Virus record (IMG/VR): IMGVR_UViG_3300025151_000024
Coordinates: 1 to 64,000 of that record
DNA length: 64,000 nt
Direction: 5' to 3' (one strand)
DNA from: a virus
Both the position numbers and the translations under genes were made by a program. Below the pieces are notes generated by a model that saw nothing but the letters and a program-made list of their open reading frames with translations, had not been told where the DNA came from and did not search any database. This document shows, piece after piece, positions 24,179 to 37,300 of the stretch. Positions within the stretch are counted from its first letter, which is position 1. Each line of letters begins with the position of its first letter.

Positions 24179-26617
24179 TCATATTGTTATTGCTTGCCAC
24201 GACACCTTCACGGTCATATTCTTTAAATTATGCAGGGGGGTGACTTGTAATTCAACGTTGCTCCCGTTTATACCGGCATCATATGTTCCTTGTGCGGTCT
24301 CTGATGCATCAGATTGCGCCACAGCGTAGGTTGTTAGTGATGCTCCAGTAGCACCTGCGCCTGATGTACCGTTGTGTGTTAAAATCATTTCAGCAACTTC
24401 AAAAACGCCGTCAGTAGTATTCTCAACTTCTACTAACAATTTTGCTGCTCTAAATTTTGTTCTATCAAATAACGTAACATCAATTGCCGTGGAAGTGCTT
24501 GTGCTAGCATCAGTCGTGCTACCATACCCGAATCCTGTTTCTTTCACTTGGAAAGTTGCATCGGGAGAAGCCTGTCCTACACCGACTCTATCTGTAGTAG
24601 TATTTACTTTCAACACATTCGTGTCTATTGTTACATCTCCACTACCAGTAATTGTAGTGAAATTTCCAGCACCATAAACCGTATCGAAATATCCTGCTCT
24701 CCAGCGAATTAGAGTTGTACCTAAATCGTAAGTGCTATCTGCACTAGGCAGGGTATGGAGATTTAATTCCCAAGCATCGTTAGTATCACTGAAAAGAATA
24801 GTTTTATCGCCATCTGAAGAATCTAAGGTAATTCCACCACCATTTACAGCGGCATCATTTCCAACACCATTTCCTAAAGTTAAATTGATATCTTCAACAT
24901 TTAGAGTGGCTGTGTCAACAGTAGTGGTAGTACCGCTTACTGTGAGATTCCCTGTTATGGTTAAATCTTGATTTACAGTAAGTGTTCCTGCCGGACCTAT
25001 GCTAGTGATACCGGCCTGATTAGCATCTAAATTGAATGCACCACTAGATGCAGTTATTCCTGTACCAGCCATAGCGGTTGCTAAATCCGCAATTGTTTCT
25101 TTCTTAGAATTATTAGAATCATTAGAATCAATAAAGCCAAAAGAATCTGTGGCTACATCTACAACACCGGCTGATAGCGAATTTAAATCGCTGGCAACAG
25201 AATCTCCATCTTGTAAAATTTTAGTTGAGCCTTGATACAATCTATTAGAATCTGTACTATCTAACCAAAGTGTATTTCCAGCAGTACCACCCGTTACAGG
25301 ATTAGACGACTGTGGTGTTAATTCTAAGCCAGTAGGGTCAATAAGCCCAGTTACGGTTAATTTTCCATTTACAGTTAACTCGTTTGAACTAGTATTGAAA
25401 GATAAGTTAGCAGAACTTGTAAAACCTGAAGACCCATCACTCAGTTGCACCCTACCTGATGCGCCGTCTGAAGATGTACTAGTTGTTGTAGAATTGAACA
25501 TTCTAACCCAAGCAGACCCATCAGCATTGTACGAATAAATAGCAGATTCTGTAGGTACGATAGTATCATTCAAACCTGAAGCATCGAATGTGATGTTATT
25601 AGTAGCGCCACTTGAATTAGCGTTTGCTACTGCTATGGTATGCCCACTAGGGAAAGTGCCTGTTGGATTGAGAGTCGTAGCCACATCTGTTGCTAATCTG
25701 TAACTTGTACCTGCATCAAAAGTGAAAGTCGTTGTTCCGCCACTAGAAGGAAGATTGACTAATTTATCAGGCCCAAGCCTAAATGTTCGCCTGTTACCAT
25801 CTTGGAAACCGGAGAAATACAATACATCGTTAGTTTCAGACTGGCCGGGGTCATCCGGCCCTCTGCTCATCCACATAGCACCAAGAGAAGATGCGGTGAG
25901 GTCTCCAGTTTCGGTACTAGCAGAAGCGTGGAAGTTATCTAAATCGGTGTGTGAATCAACAGAAGCACTAGAATCTCCAGTTAATGGTGCGAAATAAATA
26001 GGCGAAGGTCGGATGTAACCTCTCTTATCATTTATTTCTGAAATTGTAATTTTCAAATCATTAGCAGCAGCGGCGCTTCCATTGTAAGTTGCTCTAATAG
26101 TGGCTATAACAAAAGATTGTTTTGAAGTAAGAGAAGATAGTGGGTCTTTCAAAAACGCTTTTGGTGTTGTAGGAAATGCGGATGCTGTTGTAACAGGTGT
26201 CCCTTGTTCAAATCTTAAAGAATTATTATTGCCATCTGTACATAAATATACAACGAAAATACACTCTTGACCACTAGTTAAAGCGGTTGTTGAACCTTGT
26301 AAATTAGAACTACTGCTGTTTATAGTAATGTTAGCGGTACTCCCATCCCCGCCACAAAAGTTGTACAGAACATTGTCAATAACAGCATGACCGCCCCTCA
26401 CTTGAACGATATGGGCATCTCCGGTAGTCGCAATAGCACCCGGCAAGTTAGCAGGTGTGTTTCTATCACCGTCATCTGCGACAGCATCTTCTAACAGAAG
26501 AATTCCATTACCCCTCGCTAATTCGTAAAGATTAGTAAAACTAGGACTTACGATGTGACTTCCATCCACTAATCCTTCATTTGCGCCGTCTGTATGTCCG
26601 TCTAGTGAGTTAGCCAT
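24179..26617 (-). CDS. Tail fibre-like protein 1 (812 aa)
   Basis: GNLTVSGTTTT...GGGITL and LPSADSTYDLG...RW modules; C-terminal domain shared with fibres 2 and 3. Confidence 0.78.
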   Translation of the reverse strand: MANSLDGHTDGANEGLVDGSHIVSPSFTNLYELARGNGILLLEDAVADDGDRNTPANLPGAIATTGDAHIVQVRGGHAVIDNVLYNFCGGDGSTANITINSSSSNLQGSTTALTSGQECIFVVYLCTDGNNNSLRFEQGTPVTTASAFPTTPKAFLKDPLSSLTSKQSFVIATIRATYNGSAAAANDLKITISEINDKRGYIRPSPIYFAPLTGDSSASVDSHTDLDNFHASASTETGDLTASSLGAMWMSRGPDDPGQSETNDVLYFSGFQDGNRRTFRLGPDKLVNLPSSGGTTTFTFDAGTSYRLATDVATTLNPTGTFPSGHTIAVANANSSGATNNITFDASGLNDTIVPTESAIYSYNADGSAWVRMFNSTTTSTSSDGASGRVQLSDGSSGFTSSANLSFNTSSNELTVNGKLTVTGLIDPTGLELTPQSSNPVTGGTAGNTLWLDSTDSNRLYQGSTKILQDGDSVASDLNSLSAGVVDVATDSFGFIDSNDSNNSKKETIADLATAMAGTGITASSGAFNLDANQAGITSIGPAGTLTVNQDLTITGNLTVSGTTTTVDTATLNVEDINLTLGNGVGNDAAVNGGGITLDSSDGDKTILFSDTNDAWELNLHTLPSADSTYDLGTTLIRWRAGYFDTVYGAGNFTTITGSGDVTIDTNVLKVNTTTDRVGVGQASPDATFQVKETGFGYGSTTDASTSTSTAIDVTLFDRTKFRAAKLLVEVENTTDGVFEVAEMILTHNGTSGAGATGASLTTYAVAQSDASETAQGTYDAGINGSNVELQVTPLHNLKNMTVKVSWQAITI

Positions 26618-26961
26618 TATTTCACTTCCATAAGTATCTGAACGCTCATTTCATTTTCAGTAGTTTTCAATATAGGTCGAATTGCGTGTCTTGATATCGG
26701 CGTAAAGCCGTTGCTATCTTTTAGTCGGAGGTGTACCTCCTTGATAGATTCATTGAAAGATTCAGTGATTGGAAGGTTCGCTTCAATCAAAATTGTCGAA
26801 GTATCGAGTACCGTAATCGTAGGTGTTACAGTTACGGCTGGCCTTCCTACTGAGCCGTCACTGCTGGTTGCCGGTGTCCCATCAAAACCGAACACAACTT
26901 CGTTTATGTTAGAAGCAATTGTATCAATTAAAATTCTTTTCAAATTATCAGAAGCCGACAT
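26617..26961 (-). CDS. Putative baseplate/tail protein
   Basis: Coupled ORF in the tail module; beta-rich. Confidence 0.5.
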   Translation of the reverse strand: MSASDNLKRILIDTIASNINEVVFGFDGTPATSSDGSVGRPAVTVTPTITVLDTSTILIEANLPITESFNESIKEVHLRLKDSNGFTPISRHAIRPILKTTENEMSVQILMEVK

Positions 26962-28384
26962 CTAAATCCTCCGTGAAACTAATTACTTTTTTCTTTGCTG
27001 TACCTAGAGATTCTTTTCCTATACCGGGTAGGCTTCGCCCAGCATTCTTTCCGATGATATACCCGCTATTAGATACATCTCTTGTTTTTACTACTGTAAA
27101 GAATGAAATGTCTAGTTCATCGAATAAACTCAAATCTTCTTTTTGAATTTGTATTGTCGTATCCTTATTGGATAAATTACCTTCAGCAACAAATCCTTCA
27201 CTTACACCCTGAATAGCACCTTCAAGCCCAACATCTAAAGCGAGGAATTTGAAATTTGAAAGATTAGAATTGAAAGAATGTTCCGCTTCCATAATTGCAT
27301 ATTTTTTCCCTTTGTAAGTTACTAAATTACCCGGCCTTAAATCCCAACTGTTTGGATGCCCATCTGTTTCAATTGCACCTTTCATTAGAGCGGTGGCTTT
27401 CAAAATTTGACGAGCGACTCTTCTAGCGGCTCTTTCAGTTTTTATCGAAGAATCGAAAACAGGTGTATTAGTTGATTGAATAAAAGAGTCAAATTTACCC
27501 TGTTGTCTTGAACCATCATCAACTGTAACTTCGACATTACTGTTTAACGCTAAAGGAATACCCGCTACTGTAACTCGATTTACTACGCTATCAACTGGAT
27601 TTGTTCTTTCAGTACCTTGTCTTAAACTAGATTTTACCATTCTAGAAGCGTCTGAAAAATTGAAAGGTACATAGATAATATTACCAAACCTGTCAAAATA
27701 CACCACTCTATTATCATGTCTTGAGACAAATTTCAAAGCAGAAAGTATTGGGATGTTCTTTACATCTTCAGCCAAGAAACTAGTACTATGTTTTCTTCTC
27801 GTTGAGGTAGCATTAGTAATAGTTCTAGGCATTGCTATGTTTACAGATGTTACATCACTTGTAATTTCTTTAGTTAATTGTAAGGCGTAATCGGTGGTTC
27901 TTAGCCCAATATCTACTGGTTGTCCCAAATATACTTCATTTCCTGTAAAACCGATATCCTGTAATGTTTTACCCTGCATATTAGAGAGATTCGCTTTAAT
28001 GCCTCTAGTATGAGTTTCAAAACTATTCAATTGTAGTCTTTCTTTTTGCTTTTCTTTTCCGTAAATTAATATCCTTTTATCTGAAGATGAAGATAGTTTT
28101 GAATTTTCATACCAAGGGGCATTTTCGTATCTATGTCCTGCTCTTTCAGAATGAGTTATTTCTAGTGTAGAATTATTTTCTACAATTTCATACGAAGAAT
28201 TTGAAGCGGTGTGATATGTAGCATTCTTTCTATTTTCAATCGTAACTTTTTGTTTGTTAGAAGTTTGGGGATTGATTAAACTGTAGTGAACTGCGTTATC
28301 AACAAAAACAGGTTTCCTTGTCTCAGTCATTATAGCGTCAGGACTCACATTGAAGTGACCAGCCGAATCTTCAACTAGTGTCAT
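26948..28384 (-). CDS. Putative tail hub/baseplate protein
   Basis: VYFDRFGNI, VNRVTVAG, LRPGNLV and AIMEAEHS follow the pattern of phage tail hub proteins. Confidence 0.55.
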   Translation of the reverse strand: MTLVEDSAGHFNVSPDAIMTETRKPVFVDNAVHYSLINPQTSNKQKVTIENRKNATYHTASNSSYEIVENNSTLEITHSERAGHRYENAPWYENSKLSSSSDKRILIYGKEKQKERLQLNSFETHTRGIKANLSNMQGKTLQDIGFTGNEVYLGQPVDIGLRTTDYALQLTKEITSDVTSVNIAMPRTITNATSTRRKHSTSFLAEDVKNIPILSALKFVSRHDNRVVYFDRFGNIIYVPFNFSDASRMVKSSLRQGTERTNPVDSVVNRVTVAGIPLALNSNVEVTVDDGSRQQGKFDSFIQSTNTPVFDSSIKTERAARRVARQILKATALMKGAIETDGHPNSWDLRPGNLVTYKGKKYAIMEAEHSFNSNLSNFKFLALDVGLEGAIQGVSEGFVAEGNLSNKDTTIQIQKEDLSLFDELDISFFTVVKTRDVSNSGYIIGKNAGRSLPGIGKESLGTAKKKVISFTEDLDVGF

Positions 28385-31300
28385 GCGGCATCACCTGTAT
28401 GGTCCGAAGTTCCAAAGTCCACATCTGCCTTGTGACCTTTTGGATGTAAAGATTGGCTAAATCTCGGTTTTATATTGTAGTCTATTAATTCAGAATTCTT
28501 TCTTCTCGGTGCATCGCTTCTGTGGTGGAGAAGTGTATTTTCAGTAATTACTAATCTACAAACAGTATTGAACAATGTATCCTTATTGAAATTTGTAACT
28601 TCTGTACCTAGTAAATTAGCACCCATAGAAGACGGCACAGCATCATTGCCAGTGGACATATAGATGATAGGCATATACGGTCCATTTGCATTTGGAATAG
28701 CACGTGTATCAGGTAAGTTGGTAGTCGCAGTTCTTCCGCTTGGGGTGTTGTAAACAAACAGTCCGTATTTTCCACCGGCGCTACCTTGGAAGTAATCCCC
28801 GTCACTTTGTTTCAATGCTGAGAATTTACTTCTAAATATTTCAACGTGGTTTTTATCTAAGACTCTAACTGGTCTTACTAAGAATTGAATTGTTTTATCA
28901 GTATCATTATTTCTTCTAGTATCTGCGGTGTAAGTTGTAGTATCTTGGTATGGATTTGTTGTTTTATTTGAACCAGTTAAGGATGTTACACCCCAACCAG
29001 TATCATCGAAAAGACCAGCAAAATTTCTTGCTTCCAAAATATAGTCGCCGCCTAAAGGTCTCATGTTAGATGTGTGACTAAATTTCAAGACACCAGCGTT
29101 TGCACCATTTGTGTTATTGAAAGAGAAGTTTGTATAATCGGCGTAACCAAGTGACTGAGAGCCTATGGAGTAAGCACCATGCAGTACGGTTCTCTGACCA
29201 ACATTTCTATCAGTATGCAAACTGTGGGCTTCTGTATTAATCACAATATGGGATTTTTCTGTTCCTTCGATAGTTTCTGCATCAATACCAATTCTTGGGC
29301 TAGAGCGAGAAACTGCATCTTTGTGGGGGCTAGAACCTGAAATTTCTTCTACTCTATCACTTACAACAGCCTCCGGCTTCAACAAACCATCCTCTGCAAT
29401 TTCTAGTCTAGCGCTAATCCCACGAGGGATTTCATCGGCTTGCAGTACATCGTTACGGGGGCGTAACAGACCTTCTCCAAAGGTTGGCTCGGCAGTGTTA
29501 TGACTGAGAACCATACCTGTTGTATGGATAGGTGCTGAAATTTCAGTTAGCAAATCTTCATTGAATGCTGTTGGGTATCTAACACCCCTTCCGCCACCCA
29601 TATCACCAATTCTTAATGCGTGTGTGGGAGCAAAGACATCTACTAAGATTGTAGATAAATTTGTATTATCGTCGTTTAATCTTCCACCAAATCTAGGGAT
29701 TGTAAAGTTTGTAGTCACGCTTACTTCGCCGTTTGAATTAACAACATTCTTCAAATTGAAAATTGGTTTTCCATTATTCCAAACCCTCTGATATGGTGTT
29801 CTGCCGTTTGTTCTATCATATTCGTAAGCATCCCCACAGTCCCATGCTGGTCTAATACCGAATCCACGCACTGGAGCACGTCTTACAGCCTCTCCACGAG
29901 TATTACCCCACCAATCCACCATATAGTACTGAGAGGCCTCTACGAGCCTTGTAATGCCCTTCCCTTCTTCATCTCCCCACCAGTCTCTTTCTACCTTGTT
30001 GTTATTTCTTAGAGTTCTAACTGGAGAACCAAAAGGTCTAGTCATCCTTCGACCATCACTTCTTCTAACTTGAACTTCGTATTTGTCTGTACCCAACTGA
30101 CCAGCGAAATTAGTCAATCTTTCCATTATTCCAACATAAGTTGTAGGATATGTTTTCGACCCACCACCGTCTGCTTCGTTCCAAGTTCTTGTTTCGATTT
30201 GTACAAGTGGACCTGCCTTAAACCCAACACTAGTAGCAGAAACGCCGGAAATAGCATCTTCAAGAGCAGCACGAGTTGGGATTAGCCCCCATCTAGGTTT
30301 GTTAATCGCTTGACGCAAACTTATACGATAACCAAACGGTAATCTGTAAGATTGGCCTGTTGTGATTTTTGCTTTTGTTATTCCATTAGTTCTTGAGTAA
30401 GCAGCACCTATTGTGGTGTTATCATACCAGCGATACAAATCATCTGAACCGTAAGCCCTCGGAACTATCCAACTAGCAGCAGCCTGTACGAATACATCGG
30501 GTCTGCTACTATGAGGGCCACCACGACTACCACAAGGCCAAAACCGATTCAACATGATGTAATTTGATGCTTGGTCTTGTCCTGCTTGTGAATGTGTGCT
30601 ATTTGCAACTGTAACACTTCCATCTTTAGTTGAATTAGGAGTCTTTATTTTCAAATCAAATGGCCCAAGACTCATTCCATAAATTGCATCTTGATATCTA
30701 AACGTTTCAAAATGTTCGGGCATTGAATTGTAAGATTGCTTATCTATTGCCCTATCATTTGTATCACCATTCCATGTTCTTGTAGAATCAGAATAGAATG
30801 TATATGGTCGGCCTAAGTTATGATGCCACATACATAAATATGCATCAGGTATATGTAAATTAGATGTATCTTTTGTACCTGTTTTTAATCTATCTAAATT
30901 AGTTGCAAATATACTCTTATCTATTTTTGTAAATATATCAACTGAAGGCATTGTATCATATGCTCTAGTTAATCTAATTACAGTTTCACCATCTACAATA
31001 TTAGATACAAACCCTGTTGCAGATACCCCAGTAAATTGATTTGCTACATTGACAGTTCCATTTTGAAGACCACTTCTTCTCGTATAATCTGAAGTTCTGC
31101 GTTTTCCATTAGAATCTACATATTCTAATTTCTGTCCATAATATGGTGTCTCAGGGAATATACTAGCATCATCAACAGTTACAGTTGTACCTGTACTACT
31201 TACAACAGTTGCTTTTGGATTTAGAGATGTATTTTGTAATATATGCGAATATATGTCAGGATATACAGATGGATATCCTGCAATTGTTAATTGCATTCCT

Positions 31301-34300
31301 ATATTACCAAAAGTACTTCTCGATACTTCATAGTAATTATCTAATTTAATTTGAGATAAATGTCTAAATCCATTTGCACTTGAATCATCAGGTGCTACTT
31401 TATGTAAAATACTCCACCAAGGTATATTCAAAGTAATACTTGGTGTGGCGTTTGAGAACATTTTACTATACGGGAATGCTCTTCTTGTAAACGAAGGGCT
31501 TTCACTCATTTCAACTCCGAATGGATTGAATAAAGACAATGGTGGTATTTTGTTAAATTGTGAACCAAAGTCAGGCTCTTGGTCAAGAATAATCTCATTG
31601 ATGAATACTTCACAACCTCTAACATCTGCTTGTGTCGCTTCATCTAAGTATAGAACTAAAGCACCAACAGCGGCAACATACTCAGTTCCAATAACTGTGT
31701 GTACTTGTTGACTTGTTAATTTCTGTACACTATTGTAATAGTGATACCCTATGATTTGACTATCGAATAAATTCGGCTGTATTACAATTTGATAAGCCCC
31801 GACTTCACGAGGGTCAGGGAAATGATGTTGAAGTGAATACTTCTTAGCAGCCTCCAAAACAACGGTATGTCCACCTGCTTTGTTAATTACACCTGCATTT
31901 CCTCTAGAGCCTAAAACACCGTAACCATCCCATTTTACGCTAGTTTCAAACATTAAGGTGAAAGCACCGCCGTGTATATCGCTAGGTGTGCTAGGTGTAG
32001 CGGTCATTCCACTAAAGAAAATTTCAGGTTCTAAAGGATTCATTTTGTCCGTAACATTTGAAGAAATATCTGAAGAAACAGAAAGAGGAGTTTTTTCTTC
32101 GTTGAATAATTCTCTGTCTCTAAACCCTTTGACTGAAGAATTTTCAGCAAGATGCTTCCTATACACACTTTGGTAGGCAGGGTGAGCCCAATGCCCCGGT
32201 AACATTGGCATAGTGGCTGAAACAAAATGATGACCCATTCTAGGATAAGGCATTGGTGTAAGAACTGGCTTTGTGTAAATTGTGTGGGCTTCTGTATCTG
32301 AATTCACACCTGTGAAATATTGAGTATGAGCCATATCAGGCGAAGCACCACTTACTTCTGCATGGTCTCTCATACGCTGTGCAGCATAGAATCTAGCACT
32401 TCCCGCTGGCATATAGTAAGATGGCACTATCTTCAAATCAGTAATAGTTTGAGCAGCAATAAAGTCTGTAAAGTCCACATCGCCAACAACACCCGTAAAG
32501 GTAGTTCCTGAAATTCCAGTATATGATGCAACCACCGATTCTTCAGTTGTAGGATTGTAAATGCGAATGAATCTTCTATCGTCACTTACTTCTTTAGTAC
32601 CAAAGTCAGCATCGTAAATTCTTGTATTTATTGTAGCATTCACCGTAAGTACTGAAGTTGAAGAATTCCAAGAAGAACCTGTAAGAACTTGATTTTCAAC
32701 ACCATTTGAATGGGTGTAAGTGGTTGGGTATCTGTGGGTATGGCTGTGACCCATTTTTGTTACATGGAAGAAAAGAGTTCTATCATGTAATTCGTATGTG
32801 GTTTTTAATGGTGCATTTTCTGTAGCATCCACCCAGCCAGTTTTGATACTATCATTTGAAACTGGGTCAATATGTTCCCAATTCAAATTTTCATAAGTTG
32901 GTCCTAGTCGTAATTCTCCACCATTATCATTTGAATCGAAAAGATGCTTTAATTCGGTTTCATCGAGGTTTGCTTGTAATACCCCTCCACTACCGAAAGT
33001 TTCGTTTTGATGTGCCATAATAGGGTCAAACCCTGAACGAACTAGGATATTACCCGGAATAGTTTCAGGGTCAGGTAAAGAGACCATTAGTGCTGGCTTA
33101 TTGCCGCTGTTTGCAAGAGAAGGAGAACTGCCTTTTACACCTCTATCGTCTAATACTCTAAAAGTTCTAATTACAGTTCCTAATGGGCTTCCACCTTCTA
33201 CAATATGAGTTTCTCCTGAATCATCAACTACAGAAATTTCTTCAAATTGAATTTCTTCATTTGGTATCACCAAAACATTACCAGTAATTTCTCTATGCTT
33301 ATCTGCAAGTTGTGGTTGCTGTAATTCTTGAGTTTGAATTAGAGGGAACATGGCGCTATTTGTAGTCTCAAAACTAAATCGTACATTGCCGTATATTTTC
33401 TCCCCATGTGTGTAGGCTGTATCAGATTCAACTCTTGTAGTCCAAGGTACAGCGCCTAAACCTCTAGCATTCAAAGCAGGAAGAGATAAATTACCACCAT
33501 CCATTCTTTTCCAAACAATATGCTCAGTTGAAAAGTTTAGGGCAGAGGTACGTTTGTACAAATCAAAAGCGTGAACATCTCCTTTCCAAAAATCATCAGG
33601 ATAATCTGAATCTGAAGTATATGCAGTACCAGTATAAAATTCAGGAACTACATTTCTTTCAGTGGTGATACCTGATTCTAAATTTTTAGAGCCAAGAGAG
33701 AAGTCTAAATCTGTAATTAAATCACCAGTTTTCGCCCTATCAGGATTTGCATTTTCTAATCTTAAATCTGTAACACTTCCAGTGTGGAAGGTGTAAGCGC
33801 CCAAATCTGTGGCGTAACTAGGCAAAGCGGTGTTATCCACAATTAACGCTTCAACATTAGGACCAGCATGGGCTGGTGCAATGAAACGGTCTTGAGAATG
33901 GAATCTTTCATCCCATTTTGTTGTCCCAGCATATTGTAATTTATTATTTGCAACACCTTTAGAAATTAAGAAATCCCCAACAGCAATAGAACCATCTCTA
34001 TCTTTTTTCGCTATCAAAGCAAATTCAGATTCAGATGCTACTACTAAAAATGCGTGTCCAAATAACCCTTGTGGGTGTGCTAAGTCTGCCGGTAGTGTTG
34101 ATGTGATATCATAATGTACAGGTTTAGAGTGAAGGGTATCCGGTGCATTATCATCTGTATCTTTTCTAGCGTATGTTAAATTATTAGTGGTATAAGTTAC
34201 ACCTGTGCTGCTATCGTAAGGGTCGTTAATGTAAGTCATCAAACTAGAACCAATACCGTCTACTGGTGGTAAACTTTCAGGAGACCTCGCTAATGGCGCT

Positions 34301-37300
34301 ACAATAGGCATATGGCTCAGGGTTTCAAGCATACCGGAACTTATACCATAGGGTGAAAATGCTAGTTCTGAATGCCAAGCACCTAAACCAGCAGAATACC
34401 CTTCTGTACCTATTTTTAGGCTGTTTAGATAGGAGTATCTCTCGCCATGCCAACCCACTGCACCAATTGGTCTAGTGCGGTCTATTGCGTCTACAAGACC
34501 CGAAAAGTGAGTTTGACACATATGGTCTCTAGATGATGCATTTTCGTTATTGAATCTGTGAACACCCGCTTTAGACCACACATACAAATTGGTATCTGTA
34601 CCTCCAATTGTAGGGTTAGCAGATGGATTTGCTAATGTAACGTAACTTTCAAATTCAGCGTTATTTGAAACTCTATTAGGTGCAAGATAGAATCTAACTT
34701 TCCAAGTACCACTATCCTCAAACACTTCTCTAGAATGATAAGAAGCCCAAGCAGGGACAGTTGTACTTGAACTTCTATCGGCTTTTAGCCACCCACAAGC
34801 GGGTATCTGTTCTAGTGCAGTTTTTGTTGTAATAGTTGAACTTGAGAAATCTAAATAATTAGGCGCAGAAGAATTATTGTATGACTCAAAAGTGTCTAAC
34901 TCGACCCAACCATATCTATCTTGACGCATAGCGTTACCCATAGAAGGCATATGAGTGCCGCCAATGGCTTTCAAAGCACCAGCGCCGGGGAAAGAATTGA
35001 TTGCTGCTCCTAAAACAGTGGCTAATTCATTACCATTTTGACACCTAGTAGCATCCACAATAATATACTCCATATCAACATCTGAAGAAACTAAAGCACC
35101 TTCTGATGCTGCGTAATCTAGAACTTTAGTGGTAATAGGTCCAGCCACTCTATACGCTGTTGGGTGTAATTGTGATGAAGCACCCCAAGTTGTTAGAATA
35201 GTATCAGATTTAGGATGTGGTGGGTTGAATGTAATTTGGTTATCCATCCAATTACCGCCCGGATGATAACCACCATCCATATGGAAAACCATATCTGCGC
35301 CAGTAGCGATTCCAAATCCTAAAAGTGAATTATGTCGTAAAGGCATAGAACGTTTAGTATCATCATTGTTCGCAGTAGAACCGCCATCTACGAACATTTG
35401 ACCATACATTCTGCCGCTTTCAGGTCTTTGATTTAAAACGCCAACTATTGTTTTTCCTGCTGCCGTTTCCCAGTTTAATTGAGTTCTCCAGTGGAAGCGA
35501 TTCCTTGCAGTATGGTAAGTTGAAGATAGAGGCATATAATCGCCTTCATCGTTTTCAATATGGTTAGGCAGGAAAGTACCTTCGGGAACAGAAGTCCAAC
35601 CGTTTCCAGCAGTAACTACTCTACCCGGATGTGGTTGTGCTGTATTGTAATTGATAGAACTAGAGTCTGCTATTTCTTGTGTGAAAGGAAATGATTGCCC
35701 CGGTCCAAATATAATGTAAGTAGTTTTATTTTCAGTTCCATTAACATGGTCTTCGTATCTAGCAGTAGGGTGTGCAAATCTCAGAACTAGTGGGCTTGGT
35801 TTCTGCACAACAGTGTTATTTGTTGAATACGGAACAGAATTAGGATGGTCGCTGTTAATAGTCCCTGCGCCTGAATCTAAATCAGGAGATAATATGTTAT
35901 CTCTATTATGTGCTGGTGGAACTAAAGAACCTCTATGTTGATTCAAAAGTGGAGTACCGGGGAAGAAAGCCATCATAGCGTTAGCATCTAAAATCGCGTG
36001 GCTTGTAACAATCTCATTTGCGTTTTGAATACCAGCAACCCCTGTAGGACCACTTGCGTATGGATGGGTATAGAAGTCTGAATAATCATTCATAGTGCCG
36101 TCATTTACATCTAAAACGACACCACTAAACCCACCACCAAAGAAGACTGGTACACTATGGTCAGCACTACTTCTACCTCCTGAGAATTTTACAATAAGAG
36201 GTGAATCTACACTACCTATGGAGCGAATACCATCTATTTGTTGTGTAGTATCTAAATCACCCTTTACAGAAATAACACCTTCTGAAGAATTATCAATATC
36301 TCCTTCTCTAAATGCTTGTGTAAGTTCTATACTCTGTGTACCTGCAATCGGTATTAAAGTAGTTAAAACTGTTCGATATGAGTTAATATTAGCACCTTGA
36401 TGACCTTCTACTGTAACTCTAGCGCCCGGCCAAAAAGATACTGTTTTAACTTCTGATACTGATTTTACAGTCCCTGTATCTTTACAGGCTGGTGCTAAGA
36501 ATCCCCAAATAGAATTATTTAAACCTGAAGTTGCCATATAAATATGGGTTAAAGTGTTAGAAGAAGAATTTAACCCTTGATAGAATAATGAAGGGTTATC
36601 AATTGCGGGTAAGATGTGGTCTCCTGAAGTTTTCGTAAAATTATCTCCATTGAGATTTTTACGCCATGTATCAATAAAAGTATTATTTACTGGTTCATTT
36701 AATGAATCTATTAAGGTAGGAGAATTTGAATTTGAATTTGGCCCAAATGATTTACTCTTTATCTGTAACAAAGTCATAGGGATGTACCCACAATCAACCC
36801 TTCTTCCAGCATCTAAATTAGCATCAGTAACTGCTCTACTTGTACCAAAAGCCCATTCTGCGCTATTTTCTAAGGATTTTTCTATTTCTCCATATTCTAA
36901 ATGTGCAGCCCTAATACCGTAATCTTGGTGTACTTCTGCTGTGAAATATTCACTGATTGGTATAATTTTTCTATTAGGATTAAACGCTCTTATCCTTATA
37001 CTATCGGCCTTAACTCCCCATTCTCCAAAAGTACGACCATCTGCTGCAAGCATTTCTCTACAATCAAAAGATACTCCGCTTTCTTCATTTACATCTACAG
37101 CGTTTATTGCAGCGGCGGTTACAGCACAAAGGAGTTCATCTGTAACTAGAGTAGTCCAATTTAATGATGGAGAAATTAGATAATTAGAAAATGAGGTATC
37201 TGATGATAATTCAGAAGTTATGCCGTAAAACTCATGAGGGCCATTAAAGTCATTTTGTGTTCTATTTTCATAGTATAGAGTAAGACCAGTATTCCCACTA

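Noticed and set aside
18973-26617. Diversity-generating retroelement acting on fibre genes
   Set aside because: No reverse transcriptase in the window and no adenine-specific TR/VR repeat pair noticed. The 1709/6552 repeat differs mostly at non-adenine positions.
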